Shown here in pieces: positions 21,250-29,929 of a stretch of DNA of 64,000 bases. Each line of letters starts with the position of its first letter. The stretch's first letter is position 1. A program made the position numbers and the translations under genes. The stretch is from a bacterium. Its GTDB lineage: Bacteria > Zhuqueibacterota > Zhuqueibacteria > Residuimicrobiales > Krinioviventaceae. The notes beneath the pieces are model-generated. The model did no database searches. It had not been told where the DNA came from and saw only the letters and a program-made list of their open reading frames with translations. The stretch is from NCBI GenBank assembly GCA_963675755.2, contig CAXXMD010000002.1, forward strand, positions 608,001 to 672,000. The letters are read 5' to 3'.

Positions 21250-22470
21250 ATGAAACGCTGCAATATTTTCGTACTTTTACTTTTGTTATCTTTTCAACCT
21301 GTCTTTTCTGAAATTTTATCCCAATGGCGTGGTCCGGGCCGCGATGGAAAATACCCGGAAACTGGATTATTGAAGCAATGGCCTGCTGCCGGACCCAAAT
21401 TAATTTGGGATTTTGAAGGTATTGGCAATGGTTTTTCTTCTCCTGCGGTAACATCTGATCGGGTTTATGTGTTGGGTGAAATCGATAAAACCGGCTTTTT
21501 ACATGCTTTTGATCATCAGGGAAATCTGTTGTGGAAAATAGCATATGGCCCTTCGTGGACAAAAAGCTATCCGGGTTCACGTTCAATTCCAACAATTGTT
21601 GATGATAAAATTTACTTTACTAGCGGTATGGGTGTTATTTATTGTCTCAATGCCAGTGATGGTAAAACACTTTGGTCTCTTGATTATCTAACTCAATTTA
21701 GTGGTGAAAATTTAATGTGGGGTGTAGCAGAATCTCCACTTGTATATGATAATAAAGTAATTGTAACTCCTGGTGGGAACAAAGCGCTAGTTGCTGCATT
21801 AGACAAGGATACAGGTAAAACATTATGGACCTGTACCGATTTTACTGAAAATTCTGCCTATTGTTCTCCTGTACTTGTTACTCATAATGGCCAACGCACA
21901 ATCTTGACCATGACAGAAAAATCGTTATTAAGCCTGAATCCTGATACGGGTAAGCTAAACTGGCGGCAGGAGCATAAAACAAAATGGGATATTAATCCCA
22001 ATACTCCATATTATTTCGATGGTAAAGTTATTACAAGCAGTGGTTATGGAACTACCGGAACAAACCTGTTTAAAATTGCTGCAAATGGTAAAAGTGCTGA
22101 TTTGGTTTGGAATAATGGTGAATTGGATAGCCAGATTGGTGCTTTTGTTGTGGTAGATGGTTACATGTACGGCTCCGGACATGATAACAGTAATTGGCAG
22201 TGTATTGATATTGCAACAGGTAAAACCATGTATGAATCTGATCAATTGCGTAAAAAAGGCAATATTATATTTGCAGATGGCATGCTTTATTGTTATGATG
22301 AGAATGGACAAGTTGCATTGGTAAAACCGAATCCACAAAAGTTTGAATTGGTCAGCCAGTTTAAAATCACAAAAGGTAATGATCAGCACTGGGCACATAC
22401 AGTAATTAAAAACAAGCGCATGTATATTCGTCATGGAAATGCGCTGATGGTTTATGATATAGGGAAATAA
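21250..22470 (+). CDS. Secreted PQQ-binding-like (BamB-type) beta-propeller protein, paralog 1
   Basis: Signal peptide, QWRGPGRDG...GPKLIW, repeated 'ALD..TGK.LW' Trp-docking blades. Start moved to ATG 21250 (GGAG upstream). Confidence 0.85.
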   Translation: MKRCNIFVLLLLLSFQPVFSEILSQWRGPGRDGKYPETGLLKQWPAAGPKLIWDFEGIGNGFSSPAVTSDRVYVLGEIDKTGFLHAFDHQGNLLWKIAYGPSWTKSYPGSRSIPTIVDDKIYFTSGMGVIYCLNASDGKTLWSLDYLTQFSGENLMWGVAESPLVYDNKVIVTPGGNKALVAALDKDTGKTLWTCTDFTENSAYCSPVLVTHNGQRTILTMTEKSLLSLNPDTGKLNWRQEHKTKWDINPNTPYYFDGKVITSSGYGTTGTNLFKIAANGKSADLVWNNGELDSQIGAFVVVDGYMYGSGHDNSNWQCIDIATGKTMYESDQLRKKGNIIFADGMLYCYDENGQVALVKPNPQKFELVSQFKITKGNDQHWAHTVIKNKRMYIRHGNALMVYDIGK

Positions 22471-22483
22471 GAAAAGGGATATT

Positions 22484-23740
22484 ATGAAAAATTTTAATTC
22501 TATGGTAAGGACAAAACTCATTTTAATATTACTCTTGATGTCAGGTATCGTGATGGCTGATACCTGGGCAGAATTCAGAGGTAATAATCGTGATGGAGTT
22601 TCTACTGAAACCGGTTTGCTTAAATCGTGGCCAGCAAACGGACCCGAGTTGTTGTGGGAAGTCACTGGTTTGGGTGATGGATATTCTTCAGCTGTCATTG
22701 TAAACAATACGATATATGTTACAGGTGCAACTGATAAAAAAGAATATTTATATGCATTTGCTTTGAATGGAAAATTGAAATGGAAACAACAGTACGGTGA
22801 TGTTTGGTATCGCTCTTATCCTGATCCTCGTACCTCACCTACATTTAATGGAAACAGACTGTATGTTGTTAGCGGTATGGGGCAGGTTGTAAGCCTGGAT
22901 GCTGCAACTGGAAAGGTACTCTGGACCGTTGATATGATCAAAACCTTTAATGGTGAATTCCATCGTTGGGGCATTTCTGAATCCCCGGTTGTAGATGGTA
23001 AACATGTATATTGTACCCCTGGTGGCCCTGATGCAACAATGGCTGCTTTGGATAAAAATACAGGCAAAACCGTCTGGGTAACCAAAGGTTTGACTGATGT
23101 CAGTAACTATTGCTCACCCTTGATGATAAAACGTGGTGGAAAAAATATTCTAATGACCCAGGTCGAAAATCATTTTATTGGTGTCGATGCCGCTAATGGT
23201 AAATTACTCTGGAAAGTTGTGGTAAAGGATTTGTGGCCTCAAAACAAATCCATCAATATTAATACACCTCTTTATAAAGACGGTCAGGTTTTTATTACAG
23301 CAGGTTATAACTCTGGCAGTGCCATGTTTGAGTTATCTGCTGATGGTACCAGTATAAAAACACTTTGGGTAGATACTACACTGGATGTTCACCATGGTGG
23401 TGTTATTACTGTGGATGGATACATTTATGGTTCAAACTGGTTGAACAATAATAAAGGAAATTGGGTTTGCCTGGACTGGAAAACCGGTAAAGTCATGTAT
23501 GAAACCGAATGGATCAATAAAGGTGCAATCGTTTATGCTGATGGTATGCTTTATGTCTATGAAGAAAAAGATGGTACAGTTGGAATAGCCAAAGCCACGC
23601 CAGATGGTTTCAATGTTGTCAGTTCTTTTGAATTTACCGCCGGTGGTGGTCCCAATTGGGCACATCCCAGTATTTCAAATGGAGTTTTATATATGAGACA
23701 TGGTGATGTATTACATGCTTATAATATAAAAGCGAAATAA
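22484..23740 (+). CDS. Secreted PQQ-binding-like beta-propeller protein, paralog 2
   Basis: Signal peptide, WAEFRGNNRDG...GPELLW. Colinear with paralog 1 (WG.xESP, YCSP, NTP, WAH.I, Y.RHG). Confidence 0.85.
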   Translation: MKNFNSMVRTKLILILLLMSGIVMADTWAEFRGNNRDGVSTETGLLKSWPANGPELLWEVTGLGDGYSSAVIVNNTIYVTGATDKKEYLYAFALNGKLKWKQQYGDVWYRSYPDPRTSPTFNGNRLYVVSGMGQVVSLDAATGKVLWTVDMIKTFNGEFHRWGISESPVVDGKHVYCTPGGPDATMAALDKNTGKTVWVTKGLTDVSNYCSPLMIKRGGKNILMTQVENHFIGVDAANGKLLWKVVVKDLWPQNKSININTPLYKDGQVFITAGYNSGSAMFELSADGTSIKTLWVDTTLDVHHGGVITVDGYIYGSNWLNNNKGNWVCLDWKTGKVMYETEWINKGAIVYADGMLYVYEEKDGTVGIAKATPDGFNVVSSFEFTAGGGPNWAHPSISNGVLYMRHGDVLHAYNIKAK

Positions 23741-23745
23741 AATTT

Positions 23746-25161
23746 ATGAAGCAGTTTTCTTTACAAATTATAGTAACAATTGTTCTGGTATCAACCGCGT
23801 TTGCAGGATTAGCATGGTGGTTATTTAGTGATCCCACATCTGAATTTTCTGTGAATTTACCCGGAATGGATAATCGCCCGGCTAATCTCAAAAGCGCTGC
23901 TTCCATGGTTGAAATTGGAGAATTTTATCAATGGTTTGATTCTTTAAAAACCGATCTAACCGGTAAATGGCCCCGTTTCCGCGGTAGCAATTTTGATAAC
24001 AAGAGTAAAATGCAGGTTGATGTGGATTGGGGTGACCAGGGACCTCAGATAGCATGGTCTGTTGATCTGGGAGAGGGGCATGCCGCTCCGGCAATCTATA
24101 ACGGCAAAGTCTATTTACTTGACTATGATGAAGCTGAACGGACAGATGTTTTACGATGTTTTTCACTGGAAGATGGTACCGAGTTGTGGCGTCGCTGGTA
24201 CAAAAATCCATTAAAGCGTAATCATGGTATGTCTCGTACGATTCCTGCAGTAAATGAAAAGTATGTAGTTACTATCGGTCCCAATTGTCATGTGATGTGT
24301 GTTGATGCTGATTCCGGAAGTTTCCGCTGGGGAATCAATCTGGTTGACGATTATAATACCAAGGTTCCGCTATGGTATACCGGTCAATGTCCGCTGCTTG
24401 AAGACTCTATTGCTGTAATCGCTCCTGGTGGTAAAGATCTTGTTATTGGTGTGGATTGCGATAGTGGAAAAGTAGTTTGGCGAACTCCGAATCCTAATAA
24501 TTGGGACATGTCTCACTCTTCAATAATGCCCATGACCTTTAACGACAAAAAAATGTATGTCTATTGTGCATTCGGCGGTATTGTCGGGATTTCTGCAGAG
24601 GAGGAAGACAAGGGAACAATCCTTTGGGAGTCTTCTGAATGGAATCCCAATGTTATTGCTCCATCACCAGTAATTCTACCAGATGGGCGCATTTTCGTTA
24701 CTGCCGGATATGGCGCAGGCTCTATGATGTTTCAGCTTGTTTTTGATAATGGTGAATACCGTTTAAACTCACTGGACAAGCTTACACCAAAAGATGGGCT
24801 TGCTTCCGAACAACAAACTCCTATATTATATGATGGACACTTGTTTTGCGTGCTGCCCAAAGATGCCGGCCCGGATCGTAATCAGCTGGTTTGTGTCGAT
24901 CCCGATGATGTTCGATCTTTTGTCTGGACAAGTGGCAAAACGACACGCTTTGGATTAGGCCCATTTATCTTGCTGGATGATAAATTTTTTGTTCTCAGTG
25001 ATGAAGGCGAGTTGACAGTATTAAAAGCGAGTGTGCAATCCTATCAGGAAATTGCCAAAGCAAAAATTCTGGACGGACACGATGCATGGGGTCCCATCGC
25101 TGTAGCTGACCACCGCATGTTGTGTCGTGATTCCAAAAAACTGGTTTGTATAGAATTATAG
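23746..25161 (+). CDS. Membrane-anchored PQQ-binding-like beta-propeller protein, paralog 3
   Basis: N-terminal hydrophobic anchor, WPRFRG, repeated 'D..SG...W' blades. Confidence 0.82.
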   Translation: MKQFSLQIIVTIVLVSTAFAGLAWWLFSDPTSEFSVNLPGMDNRPANLKSAASMVEIGEFYQWFDSLKTDLTGKWPRFRGSNFDNKSKMQVDVDWGDQGPQIAWSVDLGEGHAAPAIYNGKVYLLDYDEAERTDVLRCFSLEDGTELWRRWYKNPLKRNHGMSRTIPAVNEKYVVTIGPNCHVMCVDADSGSFRWGINLVDDYNTKVPLWYTGQCPLLEDSIAVIAPGGKDLVIGVDCDSGKVVWRTPNPNNWDMSHSSIMPMTFNDKKMYVYCAFGGIVGISAEEEDKGTILWESSEWNPNVIAPSPVILPDGRIFVTAGYGAGSMMFQLVFDNGEYRLNSLDKLTPKDGLASEQQTPILYDGHLFCVLPKDAGPDRNQLVCVDPDDVRSFVWTSGKTTRFGLGPFILLDDKFFVLSDEGELTVLKASVQSYQEIAKAKILDGHDAWGPIAVADHRMLCRDSKKLVCIEL

Positions 25162-25168
25162 GTTAATC

Positions 25169-26149
25169 ATGAAACCCAAATCCATACAAAACTTGATTAC
25201 TACTTTGATTGTTATTGGTATTATATTAATAATTACCATTGTAGGTTATCGGTCACTTGCGTTTAAACCCGGCCCGGACACATCAGAAAATCCTTATGAA
25301 TACAATATCGATGAATTCAAACATGTACCCGAAAGTTTAAAACACTATAGTGAATTAAGGCCGATAGCTGCAAATAATATAAAAGCAATTGCAATAGATC
25401 ATCAGGATCAACTCTATGTTGTTCAAGATGAATCTCTAATTCGGTACTCTGCTGCGGGAAAACAATTATCGATTTTGGATGTACCTTCTCAGGTACAATG
25501 CATAACTGTGGATTCACAGGGCAAAATCTATCTGGGTGTTCATGATCATGTTCAGATTCTGGATAATGATGGTCGTGCTTTGATGGGCATTGATGCATTT
25601 GATCGTAATTCAATTGTTACCTCTATTGCAGTAACCCCCGAGTTTATTTATATAGCCGATGCCGGCCCTCAACGTGTATTACAATACAATCACAGAGGAC
25701 AACTGGTGAATACGATTGGTGGTAAAGATGAATCCAAAGATATTCCCGGTCTGCTTATTCCAAGTCCCTATTTTGATGTTGCCATTGATCCTGATGGTTT
25801 TTTATGGGTTGCCAATCCTGGTAGAACTCAACTGGAGAATTACACACCTGAGGGTAACCTGAGATCCTTTTGGGGTCAATCCGGCATGGATCTGGAAGGT
25901 TTTAGTGGTTGTTGTAATCCATCTCATATTGCTATTTTATCAGACGGCTCTTTTGTTACCAGTGAAAAAGGATTGGCAAGAATTAAGATACATGATAGAA
26001 CCGGAAAGCTTGTTTCTGTTGTTGCGGGTCCAAAAATGTTTAACACTAATCCTGGAGTGATGGATATAGCTGTTGATTCCAAAGGTCGCATATATGTTGC
26101 TGATCCCAAACGGAATCAGGTACGTATTTTTGAAAAAAGTCAGGTGTAA
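25169..26149 (+). CDS. Membrane-anchored NHL-repeat beta-propeller protein with a GCCNP motif
   Basis: N-terminal TM, repeats IAIDHQDQLYV / ITVDSQGKIYL / VAIDPDGFLWV / IAVDSKGRIYVAD, and FSGCCNPSHIA. Confidence 0.8.
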   Translation: MKPKSIQNLITTLIVIGIILIITIVGYRSLAFKPGPDTSENPYEYNIDEFKHVPESLKHYSELRPIAANNIKAIAIDHQDQLYVVQDESLIRYSAAGKQLSILDVPSQVQCITVDSQGKIYLGVHDHVQILDNDGRALMGIDAFDRNSIVTSIAVTPEFIYIADAGPQRVLQYNHRGQLVNTIGGKDESKDIPGLLIPSPYFDVAIDPDGFLWVANPGRTQLENYTPEGNLRSFWGQSGMDLEGFSGCCNPSHIAILSDGSFVTSEKGLARIKIHDRTGKLVSVVAGPKMFNTNPGVMDIAVDSKGRIYVADPKRNQVRIFEKSQV

Positions 26150-26151
26150 AG

Positions 26152-26352
26152 ATGCTTAATCGTCGACAATGGTTCAATAATATTTTCAGATATGGCTTGC
26201 TCGCATTGATAAGCGGTACAGCCGTTTACCTGAGTGCAAGAGATCGCAAAGACAGCTATACTTTGCAGTGCAATGGTGTATGTAAATCGTGTGATTCTGC
26301 TTCAAACTGTGATCTTGTTGAAAAAGAAAATGTATCATCAACTCAAAAGTAA
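26152..26352 (+). CDS. Small Cys-rich protein with a twin-arginine-like N-terminus
   Basis: NRRQWF, a hydrophobic stretch, then CxxxCxxCx5C. 2-bp gaps to both neighbours. Confidence 0.7.
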   Translation: MLNRRQWFNNIFRYGLLALISGTAVYLSARDRKDSYTLQCNGVCKSCDSASNCDLVEKENVSSTQK

Positions 26353-26354
26353 AT

Positions 26355-26957
26355 ATGAATATTAAAGATAATAAACCGGTAAACCGCAGACAGTTTATTA
26401 AAAACGGCCTGCATACGACAGCTGCTATAAGTATTGGCGGTTTTGCAGGATATGCAATACAGCGTTCATCTAAATCAGATATGGTTTGGCAGATAGATCC
26501 TGAAAAATGTATTCAGTGTGAAAATTGTGCTACAAAGTGTGTTCTCGCTCCATCTGCTGTCAAATGTGTGCATGCATATGCAATGTGTGGTTACTGTGAT
26601 TTATGCGGTGGCTATCATCGCCCCGGAACCAAAAGACTGGATACAGCTGCTGAAAGTCAACTTTGCCCCACAGGAGCAATACAACGCAAGTTTATTGAAG
26701 ATCCCTATTTTGAATATCGAATTGATGAAGAACTCTGTATCGGTTGCGCCAAATGCGTAAAGGGATGTGGCTCATTTGGCAATGGTTCACTTTTTCTTCA
26801 GGTTCGTCACAATATCTGTGTAAATTGTAATGAATGTGCAATCGCCAAAGCGTGCCCGGCTGATGCGTTTGTCCGTGTGCCTGCTGATAATCCTTATTTA
26901 TTCCGTGGTGAATTCAAGTCCATACAATTGAACGAAGGAAGCGGGGAAGAGGCATAG
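26355..26957 (+). CDS. Tat-motif polyferredoxin (about four [4Fe-4S] motifs)
   Basis: NRRQFIK twin-Arg motif, then CIQCENCATKC, CGYCDLC...CP, CIGCAKCVKGC, CVNCNEC...CP. Confidence 0.85.
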   Translation: MNIKDNKPVNRRQFIKNGLHTTAAISIGGFAGYAIQRSSKSDMVWQIDPEKCIQCENCATKCVLAPSAVKCVHAYAMCGYCDLCGGYHRPGTKRLDTAAESQLCPTGAIQRKFIEDPYFEYRIDEELCIGCAKCVKGCGSFGNGSLFLQVRHNICVNCNECAIAKACPADAFVRVPADNPYLFRGEFKSIQLNEGSGEEA

Positions 26958-28252
26958 TGAAAAAGGCGATTTTCTTTCTATTGTTAATTATCCAGCTTGC
27001 ACCTGTAGCATTTTCACAGGTGCAGCGGTTCCCCAAACCCGATTTTGAATCCGGATATGAACAACCTGTTCCAACCCAACCCACACCTCGGGCTGCAGTT
27101 TGGGATTATATCGATATACTCGTTTTAATCTCTGCCATGAGTTTAATTACCTGGTTTATTTTAAAAAAACGTTCCAGACGATCAGTCTTTTGGGTGATGA
27201 TTTTTTCGTTACTCTATTTTGGATTTTTCAAAAAAGGATGTGTCTGCTCCGTCGGTTCCGTGCAAAATATGGTTCTGGCTTTGTTTGATTCAGCTTATGC
27301 AATTCCCATTACTGTTGTGGCTTTTTTCTCCATTCCTTTGATATTTGCTTTGTTTTTTGGTCGTACTTTTTGTGCAGGCGTTTGCCCACTGGGCGCACTT
27401 CAGGATATTGTAGGATTAAAGCCCTTAAAAACACCAGCATGGTTGAATCAGGTGCTGGGTATTGTACCATACATTTATTTGGGTTTAGCTGTTCTGTTTG
27501 CTGCAACCGGTGCCGGATTTATTATATGCAGATACGATCCTTTTGTGGGGATATTTCGATTTGGAATGAATTCAAACATGTTTATCTGGGGCGTTATTGT
27601 ATTGGGTACAGGTGTTTTTATTGCCAGACCCTATTGTCGGTTTCTCTGTCCCTACAGTGTATTATTACGCTGGATGTCTTTATTATCAAGGCACCATTTA
27701 ACCATAACTCCCACAGAATGCATCAACTGCCATCTCTGCTCTGAATCCTGCCCATATGATGCTATTGCAGGACCTTCATCCGAAAAATATCCCGGCAATG
27801 TTACTACTGAAAAATGGAAACTGGGAGTTATGATCGTGGCAATTCCCATTGTAATGCTTATTAGCGGTTGGGCATTGTCTCAATTATCTGTAGCATTTTC
27901 CCGCTCACATTATGTTGTTAAAACAGCAGAGCAAATTCGTCTTGAAGATACAGGACAGGTAAATTACACAACAGATGCCAGCGAAGCATTTAGAGGTACC
28001 GGAGAACCTACAACCGGTTTATACGCTCGGGCGGCAAAGGTCCAGGAGCAATTCAAGCTTGGCACGTGGCTGTTGGGTGCTTTTTTAGCATTGGTAATAA
28101 TGATTAAAATAATCAATTTTTATATTTGGAAACATAGGGACGGATACACCCCCGACAAAGCATTTTGTGTAAGCTGCGCGCGTTGTGTGGATTACTGTCC
28201 TGTTGAACATGAGCGACTCGCAGAATTAAAAGGAGTAAATCTCATTGAGTAA
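26957..28252 (+). CDS. Integral-membrane polyferredoxin (NapH/MauN/RdxA/NosR C-terminal-like)
   Basis: GTG start, many TMs, GCVCSVG, GRTFCAGVCPLG, RPYCRFLCPY, CINCHLCSESCP, CVSCARCVDYCP. Confidence 0.85.
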   Translation: MKKAIFFLLLIIQLAPVAFSQVQRFPKPDFESGYEQPVPTQPTPRAAVWDYIDILVLISAMSLITWFILKKRSRRSVFWVMIFSLLYFGFFKKGCVCSVGSVQNMVLALFDSAYAIPITVVAFFSIPLIFALFFGRTFCAGVCPLGALQDIVGLKPLKTPAWLNQVLGIVPYIYLGLAVLFAATGAGFIICRYDPFVGIFRFGMNSNMFIWGVIVLGTGVFIARPYCRFLCPYSVLLRWMSLLSRHHLTITPTECINCHLCSESCPYDAIAGPSSEKYPGNVTTEKWKLGVMIVAIPIVMLISGWALSQLSVAFSRSHYVVKTAEQIRLEDTGQVNYTTDASEAFRGTGEPTTGLYARAAKVQEQFKLGTWLLGAFLALVIMIKIINFYIWKHRDGYTPDKAFCVSCARCVDYCPVEHERLAELKGVNLIE

Positions 28253-29927
28253 TCCGGAAACAAATAAAAAAATATATGCAATTTTGAATCGGACGATTTT
28301 AATCACATCCATTTTTCTGATTCTGGTTTCTGTCTTTTTTGTTACCAATTACCTTCAATTAAAATCCAATGATCCATTAAACAGTCCGGCTTTGGAGCAA
28401 TTATATAAAAATCTGGACAGTGATCCCAATAATGATATGCTAAGAGACCAGATTCGCTCATTGGATCTGTTGGCCAGAAAAGCCTATTTTACAAAGCAAT
28501 GGCAAATCAATACCGGTGGTGCATTATTATTTATTGCGATTATCATTCTGGTAATTGCATTTAAAATCAAAAGTAATTTAAGACAAAAGGATCCCGGATT
28601 AAACAAGCTTGAAGAAAACTGGGACGACCGCTTGATGACACGCAAGTGGTTATCTTTATCCGGAGTGATTTTGCTGAGTGTCACAATCCTTTTGGCAATT
28701 TTGACCAATCGTGAAATGGAATCCGCTTCCTTTATTGTAAAAAAACAAAAGGATTTACCAATACCCTCTGAAAATGAGGTGATGAAAAATTGGCCGGCTT
28801 TTCGTGGTCCTTTTAGTAATGCTATTGCGTATTATACCAATATACCTTTAACCTGGGATGGAGAAACCGGCGAAAATATACTATGGACGGTTGATGTACC
28901 TCGTATTGGTTTTAATTCTCCCATCCTTTGGGATGATCGACTCTATATGTCTGGTGCTGATGAAGAAGGACAAGAAGTTTTCTGTTTTAATGCAGACAAT
29001 GGTGAATTGATATGGCGAAAACCGGTAAGCAATGTACCGGGTACACCGGACGAATTACCGGATGTCACAGAAGATACCGGCTTTGCCGCACCTACCATGA
29101 CAACCGATGGGAATCATGTTTTTGCTATCTTTGCAACCGGTGATCTGGCATGTTTTGATATGGATGGAAACCAGGTTTGGGTCAAGAATATTGGTCATCC
29201 GGATAACCATTATGGGCATTCTTCTTCATTAATCATGTATGAAAATTTGCTACTTGTTCAGTTTGATCAGGCAGATGTTGCCTTTGTTACTGCACTGGAT
29301 GGAGCAACAGGAGAAGAAAAATGGAAAACCCCGCGCGATATGGGACTCTCCTGGTCGTCTCCTATTTTAGCCAAGGTAGATGATCAATGGCAATTTGTGG
29401 TAAACGCTACCCCCAATGTTGTTGGTTACAATCCTGAAACCGGTGAAGAGTTGTGGAGAATGGATTGCCTCAGCGGTGAAGTTGCTCCTTCATCCGCTTA
29501 TGCAGATGGATTTGTTTATGCGGCTAATGATAATGCAATACTGGCAGCAATTAAACTGGGTGATATACCCGAGCTTGCCTGGGAATATGAAGATGATTTA
29601 CCTGATGTTTGCAGTCTGGTAGCAAATAAAGATTATGTATTTATGCCGTCAAGTTGGGGAACGGTTACCTGCCTGGATGCCAAGACTGGTGAGCAATATT
29701 GGTTACAGGAATTTGATGATGGATTTTACTCGTCTCCGGTTATTGTGGGTGAATATGTAATGGCTATGGATCTGGAAGGAGTTACTCAAATATTTAAAGC
29801 GGATAAAGAATTTGAACTGGTTGCTTCCAATTCATTGGGAATGGTTGCAAACAGTACGCCTGTTATTGCAGATGGTCGTATTTATTTTCGAAGCACAGAA
29901 AAGCTGATATGTATAGGTGAAAAATAG
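28245..29927 (+). CDS. PQQ-binding-like beta-propeller with an N-terminal multi-TM anchor, paralog 4
   Basis: Three hydrophobic segments, then NWPAFRGP...WDGETGENILW and repeated 'LD..TGE..W' blades. Acidic composition. Confidence 0.82.
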   Translation: MSNPETNKKIYAILNRTILITSIFLILVSVFFVTNYLQLKSNDPLNSPALEQLYKNLDSDPNNDMLRDQIRSLDLLARKAYFTKQWQINTGGALLFIAIIILVIAFKIKSNLRQKDPGLNKLEENWDDRLMTRKWLSLSGVILLSVTILLAILTNREMESASFIVKKQKDLPIPSENEVMKNWPAFRGPFSNAIAYYTNIPLTWDGETGENILWTVDVPRIGFNSPILWDDRLYMSGADEEGQEVFCFNADNGELIWRKPVSNVPGTPDELPDVTEDTGFAAPTMTTDGNHVFAIFATGDLACFDMDGNQVWVKNIGHPDNHYGHSSSLIMYENLLLVQFDQADVAFVTALDGATGEEKWKTPRDMGLSWSSPILAKVDDQWQFVVNATPNVVGYNPETGEELWRMDCLSGEVAPSSAYADGFVYAANDNAILAAIKLGDIPELAWEYEDDLPDVCSLVANKDYVFMPSSWGTVTCLDAKTGEQYWLQEFDDGFYSSPVIVGEYVMAMDLEGVTQIFKADKEFELVASNSLGMVANSTPVIADGRIYFRSTEKLICIGEK

Positions 29928-29929
29928 CA

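Noticed and set aside
21955-22707. 250-aa - strand ORF, and the many other 60-165 aa antisense or alternate-frame ORFs
   Set aside because: They overlap well-supported genes and have no motifs, so they are shadow ORFs.
21250-25161. PQQ-dependent alcohol dehydrogenases or true BamB
   Set aside because: They are propeller-only proteins with no recognisable catalytic motifs, no pqq genes and no bam/der context.
26355-28252. Rnf complex (RnfB) or nitrous-oxide reductase regulator NosR
   Set aside because: Only generic ferredoxin motifs are shared. There are no rnfACDEG or nos genes and no FMN-binding domain.
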